Numbered from the stretch's first letter, positions 14,399-27,433 are shown. The stretch: 64,000 bases of DNA from Eledone cirrhosa (GCA_964016885.1 OZ024749.1:18290001-18354000); one strand, 5' to 3'. Notes: generated from the letters alone by a model not told the origin. Numbers and translations: made by a program.

Positions 14399-14518
14399 TT
14401 ATTGACACGTGTTTCTATAACAGTTACATAACCTAAAACAGCTGCTATCTACAAACTTTTAGTTATGCAGACATTCAATATTTCAATGTTATTATTTACT
14501 GTCATTTCATCAGAATAA
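14399..14518 (-). ncRNA. HHR with a branched stem II insertion, family B
   Basis: Reverse complement of 17210-17329. Confidence 0.75.
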
Positions 14519-15080
14519 TATTACTGAGGACCTATTTAGTTTTTATAGAGAATATTAGGAGGGAGGGGTGAAGTTGTTAGAAGAATAGTTGAAGGAGTGG
14601 TTTTTCGATAGCAGTGAGAATTCTTGGTGGCAGTGAGTAATTAGATTCCCATCTGTTGTTTTGACATTTTTTATAGAATATATTATTGGTTATTTTTCTA
14701 AATCTATAGAAGGATTAGAGATAGTAAAGATATGCGTGGTTGGTTTTGTGTTTGCACTTAATTAACATTCAGACTTAAATTTTTCTTTCAAGTGTACGTA
14801 TCCTTTCACCCACGCATTCACACACAAATATATTTGCACACCTCTACAAAATACATATACTCACAATTCACATATTCATACTTACATATATATACACATG
14901 CATACACATATATATACACACATGTATTCATGTACATACATACGCGCTCATGTGTATACATTTTCATACTCAACTTATCTTTATATACACACGTACAGAC
15001 ACACACATATATACATACATACTCTAGTCCATGTGTACACACATACACATACATACACATCCATATACACATATATACAT

Positions 15081-15162
<82 letters not shown>

Positions 15163-15428
15163 ACTTTAATACATGAATACACTTACATCTAGCTATACAC
15201 ATCAAACATATATATATATTTACTTATTTATATACATTTTCACATATATATACATACTTATGGACGTTTTTAGACACATTCATTATCGCATATTTGTACC
15301 TATTCTCATCAGCATATCTTTCCATTATTAGTGTGGTAATTTAAGGTTATTAATATATGTTGAGAAGAGATTGTTTTTATATTTTTCTAACTAGATTAAG
15401 GTTTATATAGTTGGGGGATGTCCCTCTT

Positions 15429-16373
15429 TTATGTAATATTCGGCTTGTAGTGGGAAAAAAGGATTTTAGTTCTGTGACGGCAGAATAATGTTCGTTCAAT
15501 TCTGTTATTCAGTAGTTTCTTCTTGTGTGTGATTATGTAATAAATCTCAAGATTACACAATTTGCAGAAATTTTGGCTCCTGGAAAAGCTTTGGGTTTTA
15601 GCTAATTTTTCCCATTTTAGGGTAAACTTTTGATCGCTATCCCTGAGCGTCCAAGCTTTTTCTGCTAAAGTTGTTACATTTCTTTGGCTCTGGTGTTTTA
15701 TTGAGTAAGAATGCCTATACAATCGAGATTTAAACGATGTTGCCGTTGATCCCACGTAATACCACTCGTTGCCTCCGGATTTAATGGTACACTTATAAAT
15801 AATATTTTTTTCCAGGCAGTTATTGCCGAGGGGGCAGTTGTCAGGATAGGTGCAGTTACAGTTGTGTACGTTGGGTTTTCTCTGGAGTAGTATTGCGGAC
15901 GAACTTAGGTGTGGTTTATTTATGTTCTGTAGTGTATTGTCTACTGTTTTTTTTGTGTTCTTTGTACTTAAGTTCTTAGTGTTTTCGTTTAACCTTCTAG
16001 TATTGATCTTTTTTATGTGTTGTTCAAGGTTTAACGCTGTAGAGTATGACAGTCTTATAGTGGTAGGGTTTAGGATTTTGTGGTATTTGTGTGATGTGGG
16101 AAAATGTCTTTTAATTATTTTAAAGAAGAGTACTGGTAAATTTGTACTAATGGAACTATTGTATTCGGGGTTATACCATAAGTACTCTTTGCATCGCTTT
16201 CTATTAGTTTTGTTTGTTGGTTTACTGGTGTGCATACTATGGTAGTAAGTGTGGTTTGGTGTTGTGTTATTATATCTACCTATGTGGGATTTATTTTGGG
16301 TGTTTTGATTGTTCCCATCTATGTACTCTATTTTGTTGAGGTAGCCTGCTTTACTAAGGGCGTTATCGTAGTA
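15429..16373 (-). CDS. Family B polyprotein, C-terminal part (linker plus GIY-YIG endonuclease)
   Basis: [29 protein letters not shown]. Contiguous with the RT in copy 50196-51707. Confidence 0.85.
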   Translation of the reverse strand, partial: YYDNALSKAGYLNKIEYIDGNNQNTQNKSHIGRYNNTTPNHTYYHSMHTSKPTNKTNRKRCKEYLWYNPEYNSSISTNLPVLFFKIIKRHFPTSHKYHKILNPTTIRLSYSTALNLEQHIKKINTRRLNENTKNLSTKNTKKTVDNTLQNINKPHLSSSAILLQRKPNVHNCNCTYPDNCPLGNNCLEKNIIYKCTIKSGGNEWYYVGSTATSFKSRLYRHSYSIKHQSQRNVTTLAEKAWTLRDSDQKFTLKWEKLAKTQSFSRSQNFCKLCNLEIYYIITHKKKLLNNRIERTLFCRHRTKILFSHYKPNIT

Positions 16374-16575
16374 CGTGGGATCAACGGCAACATCGTTTAA
16401 ATCTCGATTGTATACAAATATCGATTTAAATCTCGATTGTATACAAATATGCGATAATGAATGTGTCTAAAAACGTCCATAAGTATGTATATATATGTGA
16501 AAATGTATATAAATAAGTAAATATATATATGTTTGATGTGTATAGTTAGATGTAAGTGTATTCATGTATTAAAGT

Positions 16576-16647
<72 letters not shown>

Positions 16648-17209
16648 ATGTATATATGTGTATATGGATGTGTATGTATGTGTATGTGTGTACACATGGA
16701 CTAGAGTATGTATGTATATATGTGTGTGTCTATACGTGTGTATATAAAGATAAGTTGAGTATGAAAATGTATACACATGAGCGCGTATGTATGTACATGA
16801 ATACATGTGTGTATATATATGTGTATGCATGTGTATATATATGTAAGTATGAATATGTGAATTGTGAGTATATGTATTTTGTAGAGGTGTGCAAATATAT
16901 TTGTGTGTGAATGCGAGGGTGAAAGGATACGTACACTTGAAAGAAAAATTTAAGTCTGAATGTTAATTAAGTGCAAACACAAAACCAACCACGCATATCT
17001 TTACTATCTCTAATCCTTCTATAGATTTAGAAAAATAACCAATAATATATTCTATAAAAAATGTCAAAACAACAGATGGGAATCTAATTACTCACTGCCA
17101 CCAAGAATTTTCACTGCTATCGAAAAACCACTCCTTCAACTATTCTTCTAACAACTTCACCCCTCCCTCCTAATATTCTCTATAAAAACTAAATAGGTCC
17201 TCAGTAATA

Positions 17210-17329
17210 TTATTCTGATGAAATGACAGTAAATAATAACATTGAAATATTGAATGTCTGCATAACTAAAAGTTTGTAGATAGCAGCTGTTTTAGGTTAT
17301 GTAACTGTTATAGAAACACGTGTCAATAA
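17210..17329 (+). ncRNA. HHR with a branched stem II insertion, family B
   Basis: ttatt CTGATGA a atgacagt..actgttat a GAAAC acgt GTC aataa. Confidence 0.78.
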
Positions 17330-17361
17330 ATTCCTTTCAACTAAACTGTATCCATTCAAAT

Positions 17362-17732
<371 letters not shown>

Positions 17733-20700
17733 TGTCCTGGGTATGACATTAAACTACATCCAGTGGCAAGGCTCCAGTTCGGGAGTTCAGGAGATGTGGG
17801 GAATGTAGAGTTACCCCTTAGTTGTCATGACTCCCAGGTCTGCCCTGGCCCGGGGTGGCAGTACCTGTTAGGGCTTCATTTATGGGTTAAATAACTACCT
17901 TATTCGAGTGGCGCCGGTAAGGTATTGTCAGCCATTGAAAAGAAATATGGAGAGTCGATCTAACAGCACTAGGGTTAGAGCCCCTAATTACACTGTCAAG
18001 GAGCAGCCTGGTAGTTATGACTCTGCTGGCTTAGAGCCACAGAGAGGGCCAGTGGATGATGGATCAGCTGTCTCTGAGACAAATATAAAGAATGCAGTTT
18101 TGTCCTGCAGAAGAGCCATCAAAATGGGCACTTTGAATGTGAGGACTATTCGGACGCTGGAGAAGAGAGAGGAGTTGGGACATCTGTTCGAGGAGAGTGG
18201 TATACAGATACTTGCGATCCAAGAACACAGGATTCTACACGATGAGCCCGTGAGGAGTGTGATGATCGGGAGGAAGAGCCAGCTCATCACTACATCGGCA
18301 GTGAAGAACACAACAAATGCTGCAGTGGGAGGAGTGGGTTTTGTGTTCAGTGCACAAACCAATCTGTTGGTGAGGGAAATAATGCCTGTCTCCCCGCGAG
18401 TGTTGAGGGTAACCTTCAATGGAAACCCAAGACTGACAGTCATCTCAGCCTATAGTCCAACCGAGGGGGACAGTAATGTGAATGCGGAAGAGTTCCATGA
18501 GGAGGTGTGTAGAGCTGTCAACACCACTCAGGCACACAATATCCTGCTTGTTTTGGGGGACTTCAATGCACATCTGAGTAAGGAGGGAAGTGAAGATCCT
18601 TGCTGGTACTTCCATAACAACACCAACCGAAATGGAAGACTACTGAGAGACACCCTGCTGGAGGCGAACTTGATGGCGACCAACCTAAGGTTTAGGAAGA
18701 ATCTGGGGAAGATGTGGACCTACATCTCAGATATGCACCTGTCCAAGTCCCAGATTGATTTCATTCTGGTGAGGAAAAAGTGGCGGAATAGTGTTTTGAA
18801 CACGGAACCATACAGCTATTTCAGTACCATGGGTAGTGACCACCGGCTTGTTATGAGTGAGGTCCACGTGAGCTTAAGAAAGAGCAAGGCTCAGCCCCGG
18901 AGAACAATCTATGACTGGGGAGCTTTCAAGGAAGATGATGGGCTACAGGAGAGGTTCACAGTGGAAGTGAGAAACAGGTTTAGTGCTCTGTGTGGAGAGT
19001 CAGAGGAGAGAGAGATTGGATGGACTGAGGAGAGTGTGACGAGGAGGTACGGGCACTTCACCAATGCAGTGGCGGAAGCAAGTGAAACCCTGGTGCCGAG
19101 GAAAAAGAACAAAGGGAAGCACGTCAGCTCTGCAAACCCAAAAGTGTGTGCAGCCAGAGAACACCTGAAAGCTGCCAGGGACCAATTCTATGCTGATCCT
19201 ACGGAGGAGAGGATGGAGACTGTGGGGGTGATGAGGGAAGAGCTCTGTACCGCTTACACTGAGGTCAGAGAGGAGGCACTGATAGAGAAGATCAGAAGTG
19301 TGGAGAGAGCGGTTGACAGATCTGGATGATCATCAACGAGATCACAGGGAGGAAGAGAAGGTGTTCGAGTCAGATCCAGGGAACGGGGCTCGAGGATAGG
19401 AAGAGGAAATGGCTAGACCATTTTAGGACCCTACTAGGAGAGCCACGCTCCACAGCCCAGAGCACTGGGGAGATCAGACGGCTGTTTGAGGAACTGGATG
19501 TTGAGACAGAGCCCTTCACCAGAGAAGAGCTTCAGAGAGCCAAGAAGAGGATCAAGGAGGGCAAGGCTCATGGAGAAGATGGAGTGGCATCAGAGGTGAT
19601 GAAGAGGTGTGATTTTGATGATATCATCCTGGGGTTCTGTAACGGGGCACTGGAGAAAGGAGTTGCCTCGAATCAGTGAAGGATCAGTAACACCGTCCCA
19701 GTGCCAAAGAATGGCGATCTCTCTAACACCAACAACTACCGGGTGATCTCACTGACGTCACTTGTGGCAAAGACCCTCAACAGGATGATTCTTAACAGGA
19801 TCCAGCCTGAGATGGAGAAGAAGCTCAGGGACAACCAGAACGGCTTCAGAGAGGGTAGATCAGCCACCAGTCACATCCTGATGCTGAGGAGGATATTAGA
19901 GGGAGCTAGAGCAAAGTGCCTTCCTGCGGTCATGGTTTTCATTGACTTTAGGAAGGCCTTTGATTCTGTGGACCGTTACTGCCTGATGAAGATCTTACAG
20001 GCTTATGGAATCCCCAAGAAGATAGTGGACCTGATATCACTGCTCTACACCAACACCAAAGCCCAAGTCATTACACCTGATGGGATGACAGAGTTCTTTG
20101 AGATACTGGCTGGAGTGCTCCAGGGAGATACATTGGCTCCCTACCTTTTTATCATCGTAGTGGACTATTGTATGCGCCTTGCACTGGAGAAACACCAGGA
20201 CTCTGGCTTTACTGTAGCACCGGCTCAGAGCAGGAGAGTTAGGGCGAAAAAGGTATCGGATGCTGAATTTGCCGACGACATAGTTTTGGTGACAAATACA
20301 GTGAAGGAGGCAGAGGATTTGATGCGGGAGGTTGAGACTGTGTCGATGAGTGTGGGGCTGAGAATGAATGAGACTAAAACAAAATATCTGGTAGAGAATG
20401 TTGAGAAGCCAGAGGGGATCACTAATGTAGGCGGGAGGCCGCTGGAATTGGTTGAGGACTTCCTGTATTTGGGAGAAAAGATTGGGAATACGGAAGATGA
20501 CGTGGTTGAGAGGAAGAGCAAGGCCTGGGCGGCGTGCCACAGCTTGAGATCGGTGTGGAAGTCGGACCTTCGTAGAGACCTGAAAATCCGCCTCTTCATT
20601 GCTGTAGTGGAGTCTGTGCTGCTGTATGGGTCTGAGACTTGGACACTGACCAAGAAACTCACTCAGATGGTGGATGGGTGCTACACGAGAATGCTGAGGA

Positions 20701-21026
20701 TGGCTCTGAACATTAATCAGTATACACTGAGGATGAAAAACTCAGAGCTGTATGGGAGCATCCCAAAAGTCAGCTCAAAAGTGACACAGAGGAGACTGAG
20801 GTTGGCTGGACATGCTCACCGACATCCAGAGTTGACATTGCACTCAGTGCTCCTGTGGGAGCCCCTACATGGACACACTAGAAGAGGAAGGCCAAGGTTA
20901 ACGTATGTTGATGCCCTAAGGACAGACACTGATCTGTTGGAGATGCAGGACATGGCAGCGATAATGAGGGACAGAGACCGCTGGAGAGAACTCGTCCATG
21001 GATCTCGGGAATTTTACCCGCCTTAG
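17733..21026 (+). mobile_element. RTE-like non-LTR retrotransposon (AP endonuclease plus RT), near full length, inserted in (TA)n
   Basis: APE motifs GTLNVRT, LAIQEHR, LGDFNA, QIDFIL, SDHRLV; RT motifs QNGFREGRS, FIDFRKAFDSV, GVLQGDTLAP, FADDI; RTE-type C-terminus LLYGSETW..RGRPRLTYVD. Confidence 0.92.
17947..21026 (+). pseudogene. RTE single ORF (APE-RT) with a frameshift near 19325 and a nonsense codon at 19677-19679
   Basis: ORFs 17908-19329, 19326-19679 and 19701-21026 are consecutive domains. First ATG is at 17947. Confidence 0.85.
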
Positions 21027-21110
21027 ATATATATATAAATATATATATAAATATATATATAAATATATATATATATAAATATATATATAAATATATATAT
21101 ATATAAATAT

Positions 21111-21325
21111 ACAGGTGTGAGAAAAACCACAGACCCTCCATCTCAACTCTACTTTTGAAAAGCAGAAGAACTGCGAAACCGGTAAAGGAACCAAATAAAT
21201 ATATATATTTTAAAAAAAAATAAGACTCCAGTTGCATTTTCGATTTAATCTCTTTTTCTCTATACTTTCACTCGTGTAGGACACATCGGTTATTTTTCAT
21301 TTTGTAAAAAAAACTTCACTTTTAA
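21111..21325 (+). mobile_element. Solo PLE 3'-end fragment with a minimal HHR
   Basis: About 215 bp between TA runs, containing the HHR at 21152-21187. Confidence 0.55.
21152..21187 (+). ncRNA. Minimal HHR, U3-A8 variant
   Basis: ctt TTGAAAA gcag aagaa ctgc GAAAC CG GTA aag. Confidence 0.7.
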
Positions 21326-21374
21326 TATATATAAATATATATAAGGAACTATTATAACATTATAACAAGTTTAT

Positions 21375-21421
21375 TGCCGACAGTCGTTTCGTCCTACCCC
21401 ATGGTGGGACTTATCAAGGCA
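21375..21421 (-). ncRNA. HHR, U3-A8 variant, family F
   Basis: Minus strand: tgcc TTGATAA gtcc..ggac GAAAC gact GTC ggca. Confidence 0.82.
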
Positions 21422-21708
21422 TATAACATGTGATTGCAAGATCATTGTTTACATCAACGTATCACTCAAGGCTAGCAGTTTGAAATTGTTGTATACATCA
21501 GCAACTCCGCTTTAAGGGGGGCTCTTTTATATTAGTTGTCGGGGTCAGGGATTGAAGTTTAAAAATTAGACAAAAATATATAATTTACGCATCAACATTA
21601 AACTAAAAGACTTGGGGTCCCGCAGAAGCACCTTAGAAAATCCCTCAATGAGTGCATAAAGCTTACAGGCTCCAATAAACCACTGTAGCCACTGTAGCCA
21701 CTGTAGCC

Positions 21709-23841
21709 AACCTAGATGAGATTAACAGGGAGGCTAAAGTGATAGTAACGAAGCTAGGATTAGAGAAATGCACGCAACCTTATACACCCCGACAACCAAG
21801 GTTCACACTGAAAGACCATAAGGAGGACTTTGCAAGTAGCCCCTCTGTCAGGCTCATTAGCCCCTCTAAATCTGACATAGGGATTATAAGTAAAAAAATA
21901 CTAGATGAAGTCATACCGAAAGTTAAAGACAGGATTAGCCTGGACCTATGGGGAAACACTGCAGAAGTGATAAAGTGGTTCTCAAGCATTAGCAACCACA
22001 AGTCACTACGCTTCATCCAGTTCGATATAGACTCCTACTATACGTCTATATCCCCCATACTACTAAATAAGGCGCTCATGTTGGCAATGCGGACGGGCGG
22101 ACTCGCTAGATCCCAGATTGACATAGTCCTTGCCGCTCGTAAAACAATTATCACATTTGAGGATGAATTGTGGACGCGCAAGAACACTCGTAACAATTTC
22201 GACATCACTATGGGGTCTAGCGACTTAGCGCAGGTGACAGACCTCGTCGGATTGTACCTGCTCAAGGAGCTCAACGAGCAGCTCCCACACCTCAGAGGTG
22301 GGCTATACCGTGACGACGCATTGCTTACTGTGGACTTTAAACGGCACAACCTAGAAAGAACTAGAAAGGACCTTTATAAATTCTTCAAGAATTTTAACCT
22401 ATCAATAACTATGGATAGAAATAGTAAGGTAGTCAACTTTTTAGACGCCACACTAGACCTAGATAAGTTAGAATATGCACCGTACCATAAACCTAACGAA
22501 AGGCTGACGTACGTCAATGCCAGCTCCAACCACCCAGGCTCAGTCCTCAAAGCAATAGTTAAGGGAGTATCTAGTAGGATTAGCGGACTATCTAGCAGCG
22601 TGACCGCATTTGAAGCGAACGCGGAATATTACAATAAGGCGCTAGCTGGGTCAGGGCACAAAGATAAACTCCATTATGTTGAGACAGGCGGCACCACCCC
22701 GCCACCCCAGCCCAGCACTGTAATCACGCACAGTATGTCCATGGGAGTTGGAAGGAGAGCTGGAAAGACATATAGGGACAATAGGAAGTTAGATAAGAAC
22801 AGCAACACTCGCAACGCAGACACGGACAGGGCTCGCACGCCTGGTAAGCGCTATGCCGCCCCGAGCAAGTCCAACAGTGAAAACGGGGGACAGAGGCCTA
22901 GGAGACTTGAGACCAACGCACATACCACTGGGTGTACAGCAACCACACCTGGTGGAACCAGTAATAATATAGACGAAGAGAGGGCAAACTGCATAGGGGA
23001 TAGGAAACGCAGTGGAAGGAATAGAAGACGTGATAGTACCTTCTTTAACCCGCCCTTCAACTCTAATGTTACTACAGACCTCCCCAAATCTTTTTTCTCT
23101 TTAATAGATAAGAAATTCCCCCCGGGTAGTAGGTACGGTAGTGTCATCAATAAGAATACTGTCAAGCTATCGTACTCTACAACCCCTAATCTGGCCTCAC
23201 ACCTAGCTAAGACCAATAAGAGTAAGATCAAAGAGGGACTTAAGGCCATCCGAAATAGTGAACCACGCCAGCACACACGACAACACGGGACCAACCCACT
23301 GAGTGAAAGACCCAGGGGGATATTAGGCAATAGAACCGGTCCCACTAGGCAGCCCCGCGGCCGCTTGGAGGGACATGCACCCCTGATTGAGGGGCATGTC
23401 CCTACTAAAGAGTGTAATTGCAGAAGGAAGGACAAATGCCCACTAGCTGGACACTGCCTTATCAGGAACGTGGTATATGCTTGTAACGTAACCACAGGCA
23501 CGTATACTAAGACGTATATAGGATCAACCGCTAATGAGTTCAAGACGAGGTTCAACGCCCACCAGCATAGCTTCCGATATGAGAAGCTTAAAAATACCAC
23601 GTCGTTAGCGGGGCATATACATAGCTTAAAACAAACAAAAACCCCCTACACACTAAGCTGGAGATGCCTTACTAAGGCTCCTCCATATAGCTCGTTGAGC
23701 AGGTGTTGTAGCCTGTGCCTATTTGAATCTCATGCCATAGTATTCTCAGGGCTCAACTTGCTCAACAGGAGATCAGAAATCTTCTCGTCCTGCCCCCATA
23801 CCATACTTAGCTCTTTCTTTTTCTTCAGACCGGACACATAG
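21709..23841 (+). CDS. Family F RT plus GIY-YIG polyprotein (5'-truncated, otherwise open)
   Basis: 700-aa ORF: FIQFDIDSYYTSI, GGLYRDDA, CNCRRKDKC, VVYAC..YIGST, CSLC..E, SSCPH. Confidence 0.9.
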   Translation, partial: NLDEINREAKVIVTKLGLEKCTQPYTPRQPRFTLKDHKEDFASSPSVRLISPSKSDIGIISKKILDEVIPKVKDRISLDLWGNTAEVIKWFSSISNHKSLRFIQFDIDSYYTSISPILLNKALMLAMRTGGLARSQIDIVLAARKTIITFEDELWTRKNTRNNFDITMGSSDLAQVTDLVGLYLLKELNEQLPHLRGGLYRDDALLTVDFKRHNLERTRKDLYKFFKNFNLSITMDRNSKVVNFLDATLDLDKLEYAPYHKPNERLTYVNASSNHPGSVLKAIVKGVSSRISGLSSSVTAFEANAEYYNKALAGSGHKDKLHYVETGGTTPPPQPSTVITHSMSMGVGRRAGKTYRDNRKLDKNSNTRNADTDRARTPGKRYAAPSKSNSENGGQRPRRLETNAHTTGCTATTPGGTSNNIDEERANCIGDRKRSGRNRRRDSTFFNPPFNSNVTTDLPKSFFSLIDKKFPPGSRYGSVINKNTVKLSYSTTPNLASHLAKTNKSKIKEGLKAIRNSEPRQHTRQHGTNPLSERPRGILGNRTGPTRQPRGRLEGHAPLIEGHVPTKECNCRRKDKCPLAGHCLIRNVVYACNVTTGTYTKTYIGSTANEFKTRFNAHQHSFRYEKLKNTTSLAGHIHSLKQTKTPYTLSWRCLTKAPPYSSLSRCCSLCLFESHAIVFSGLNLLNRRSEIFSSCPHTILSSFFFFRPDT

Positions 23842-25194
23842 CCATGACACCACCCAGTCCTGCACGTGGCGGCCCCGCTGGCGTACAGGGTGCTCTGTGG
23901 TAACCCCGGCCGCATGGATGCCTCGGCTCCCCGATTGGCGATGGGGACTCTGGTGAGGAACAGATGACCCTGTGTCCCAATTGCCAACCTGGGATTGGTG
24001 GCAACACTGTTGCTGGGCACCCTGGGGGCAGCTGATGCCTGCGATGCAGGACATCGTGAGGGCCTGGAACCACGTTGACTAATCTGAGAGGGTGCCGTCG
24101 GAGATGTATGTCAACAAACTCGAGAACTGCCTAGGGAAACAGTAACAAAACACCCAATATGGCAGCCGCTCCCTGCCTATAGCCACTCACCCCCACCCCC
24201 TCCCTTAGTAAACCCCCGACCAAATAGATGCCCCCCCCCATTCTTTTGAGCTGGTTCTTTATTATCAGTGATTAGTTCTTTACTAATAGAAATTTATTTA
24301 TTTATTTATTTTTTTTTTGTATTTCACCACGGTCGACATAATGGGCTTGGAGAATTGACTCCCTTGAAGTCTGACCACTCGATAAGTTAGGGGTTGTGCC
24401 CCTTGAGCAGGGGTGTGTATAGCTGGTCTACCTGCTTTCTGCTACTACCCGAGACTGGACACGGTCGTAGCCATAGGCCAGCGCGTGCGTGATAGCATAG
24501 AATGTATATTTTCTGCTGGTCACCCCGTGTAATATGATACCCTAAGATTCCATGCTTGAGATTCACCGAAGCATGCGCAGTCTTAACCGGGAGATGACAT
24601 GCGAACTTGAAAATACCACAAGCGAGACCCTCTGGATAACGTAGACGCAGGACCATACCCGCAAATACATACCCTGATCTGTCTTGAATATACAGAGCTG
24701 ACGGAATATGGATAACACGACCACCATCTAAGCTGATACCGACCCATACAGCAAACAAAGAGAGGACAGCCCTTCGCTTTTGACCAGTCGCGTGTGGACT
24801 TGGAGTTCGTAATATACCACCCCAGTCAAATCCACACTGGTTTTTTAACAATATAGCATGTAGACCAATACATCATGCGTAGCGAAACCTTGGACTTAGA
24901 ACCGGCAGGCTCGTCCATCGCGAAAGCGTTCAACCCCTGAAACTAAAAGATCGAACGGACCACATCCGGCAACCACTGGCTATTAGATCCACAGGTACAT
25001 CTCCCAGAGAGTCCACGCAGATAATAGTGAACCCCAGGTGATTTATGAACGTTTAAACAAGACCAGCTGCGCCTGGAGCTATGCAGATGACTGCATACGC
25101 ATAATGGATATCGTACCTGGAGCTATGCAGGGGACTGCATAGGCAGAATGGATATCGCGCCCACACGGTCACCAGTACTGTTCATCCTGTTATA

Positions 25195-25350
25195 TTTTTG
25201 TAATAATTTTATGATAATTTTGTAATAATTTTGCGATAATTTTATGATAATTTGATAATTTTGTAATGATTTTGTGGTAATTTTGTGATGATTTGATAAT
25301 TTTGTAATGATTTTGTGGTAATTTTGTAATAATTTTGTAATAATTTTTAA
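25195..25350. repeat. About 11-bp minisatellite (taattttgtaa-like) in the family F 3' region
   Basis: Repeated ttttgtaataa / ttttatgataa / ttttgtggtaa. Confidence 0.85.
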
Positions 25351-26268
25351 TCCTGTATCAATAATTTTAGAATGTTTTTTTGTGATAATACATGGTTAGA
25401 TCACTGAAGCTGCCTTATACCTTCTTAAAGATACATTTTATGATTATTGTCTTTTTGCTTATGTATTTTCTTAGTTACCACTTTCTTTAATCTTGCCCAA
25501 CTTGATAAACTCCTCGAATTGCTCCCTAATTAAATTACTTAAGTGGCTTAGATTATTGTATCTATTATGCCTAAGTTGTATCTGTTGAAGCAGCCCTTTG
25601 AAAATTCCTCGGATATCCCAAATACCGTAATTTTTAATTTTTAACTTTTAATGTATAATTTTCCTCAATTCGTTTTTAGATTTATCCTTAAAGGCTCTCT
25701 AAAATTTTAATTCTTCGAAGGGTCTCTCGGAAGAAGTTCCTATTGGAAATATTAAAGGGGCCTTTTCTGAGAGATTTATGGAAGGCTCTCTGAATTAACC
25801 TCTAATTGATTAGTTTCTTTCAACCTAGTTTTCAATTCAGTTTTCTGAATTTTGTAAACGTGATCTCGGGGGAAGAAGGTTTTTTTCTTTCGGAAAAAAT
25901 TTTTTTTCTCTAGAAGAAATTTCATAGGAACTTTATATATTTTTTAGGGAAACTTTATATTTTTATTTTCTTATTTTATTAGCCTCTTAATTTTCTTCTA
26001 GACTAATAGGTTTATTGGAGCCTGTAAGCTTTATGCACTCATTGAGGGATTTTCTAAGGTGCTTCTGCGGGACCCCAAGTCTTTTAGTTTAATGTTGATG
26101 CGTAAATTATATATTTTTGTCTAATTTTTAAACTTCAATCCCTGACCCCGACAACTAATATAAAAGAGCTCCCCTTAAAGCGGAGTTGCTGATGTATACA
26201 ACAATTTCAAACTGCTAGCCTTGAGTGATACGTTGATGTAAACAATGACCTTGCAATCACATGTTATA

Positions 26269-26315
26269 TACCTTGATAAGTCCCACCATAGGGTCGGACG
26301 AAACGGCTGTCGGCA
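26269..26315 (+). ncRNA. HHR, U3-A8 variant, family F
   Basis: tacc TTGATAA gtcc caccatagggtc ggac GAAAC ggct GTC ggca. Confidence 0.78.
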
Positions 26316-26362
26316 ATAAACTTGTTATAATGTCATAATAGTTCCTTTGTTCTTTTTCACTA

Positions 26363-27433
<1,071 letters not shown>

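Larger units (their letters stand above)
12703..17362 (-). mobile_element. Hydra-clade PLE, family B: circularly permuted full unit (16373->12703) plus inverted pLTR (about 16440-17362)
   Basis: 16261-16373 duplicates 12705-12817. Minus-strand order is ORF 3' part, 3'UTR/HHR, ORF 5' part. Confidence 0.92.
21342..26362 (+). mobile_element. Hydra-clade PLE, family F (more GC-rich): inverted pLTR 21342-21680, 5'-truncated ORF, about 2.5-kb 3' region
   Basis: 21342-21680 is the reverse complement of about 26010-26346. cactgtagc x3 at the junction. TA flanks. Confidence 0.9.

Noticed and set aside
19677-19679. In-frame TGA in the RTE ORF (and TGA at 3287 and about 54117 in PLEs) as selenocysteine, as in Naiad PLEs
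   Set aside because: 19677 sits where Trp is expected (likely TGG->TGA). The others coincide with frameshifts or deletions. The EN here is C-terminal, unlike Naiads, and I saw no convincing SECIS.
22851-23600. Long antisense ORFs (also 13452-14069, 57765-58331, 20037-20662)
   Set aside because: Shadows of sense RT/EN frames or of the AAY tract.
24387-24851. 154-aa minus-strand ORF in the family F 3' region
   Set aside because: Non-ATG start and no recognisable domain. Such an ORF is plausible by chance in a GC-richer block.
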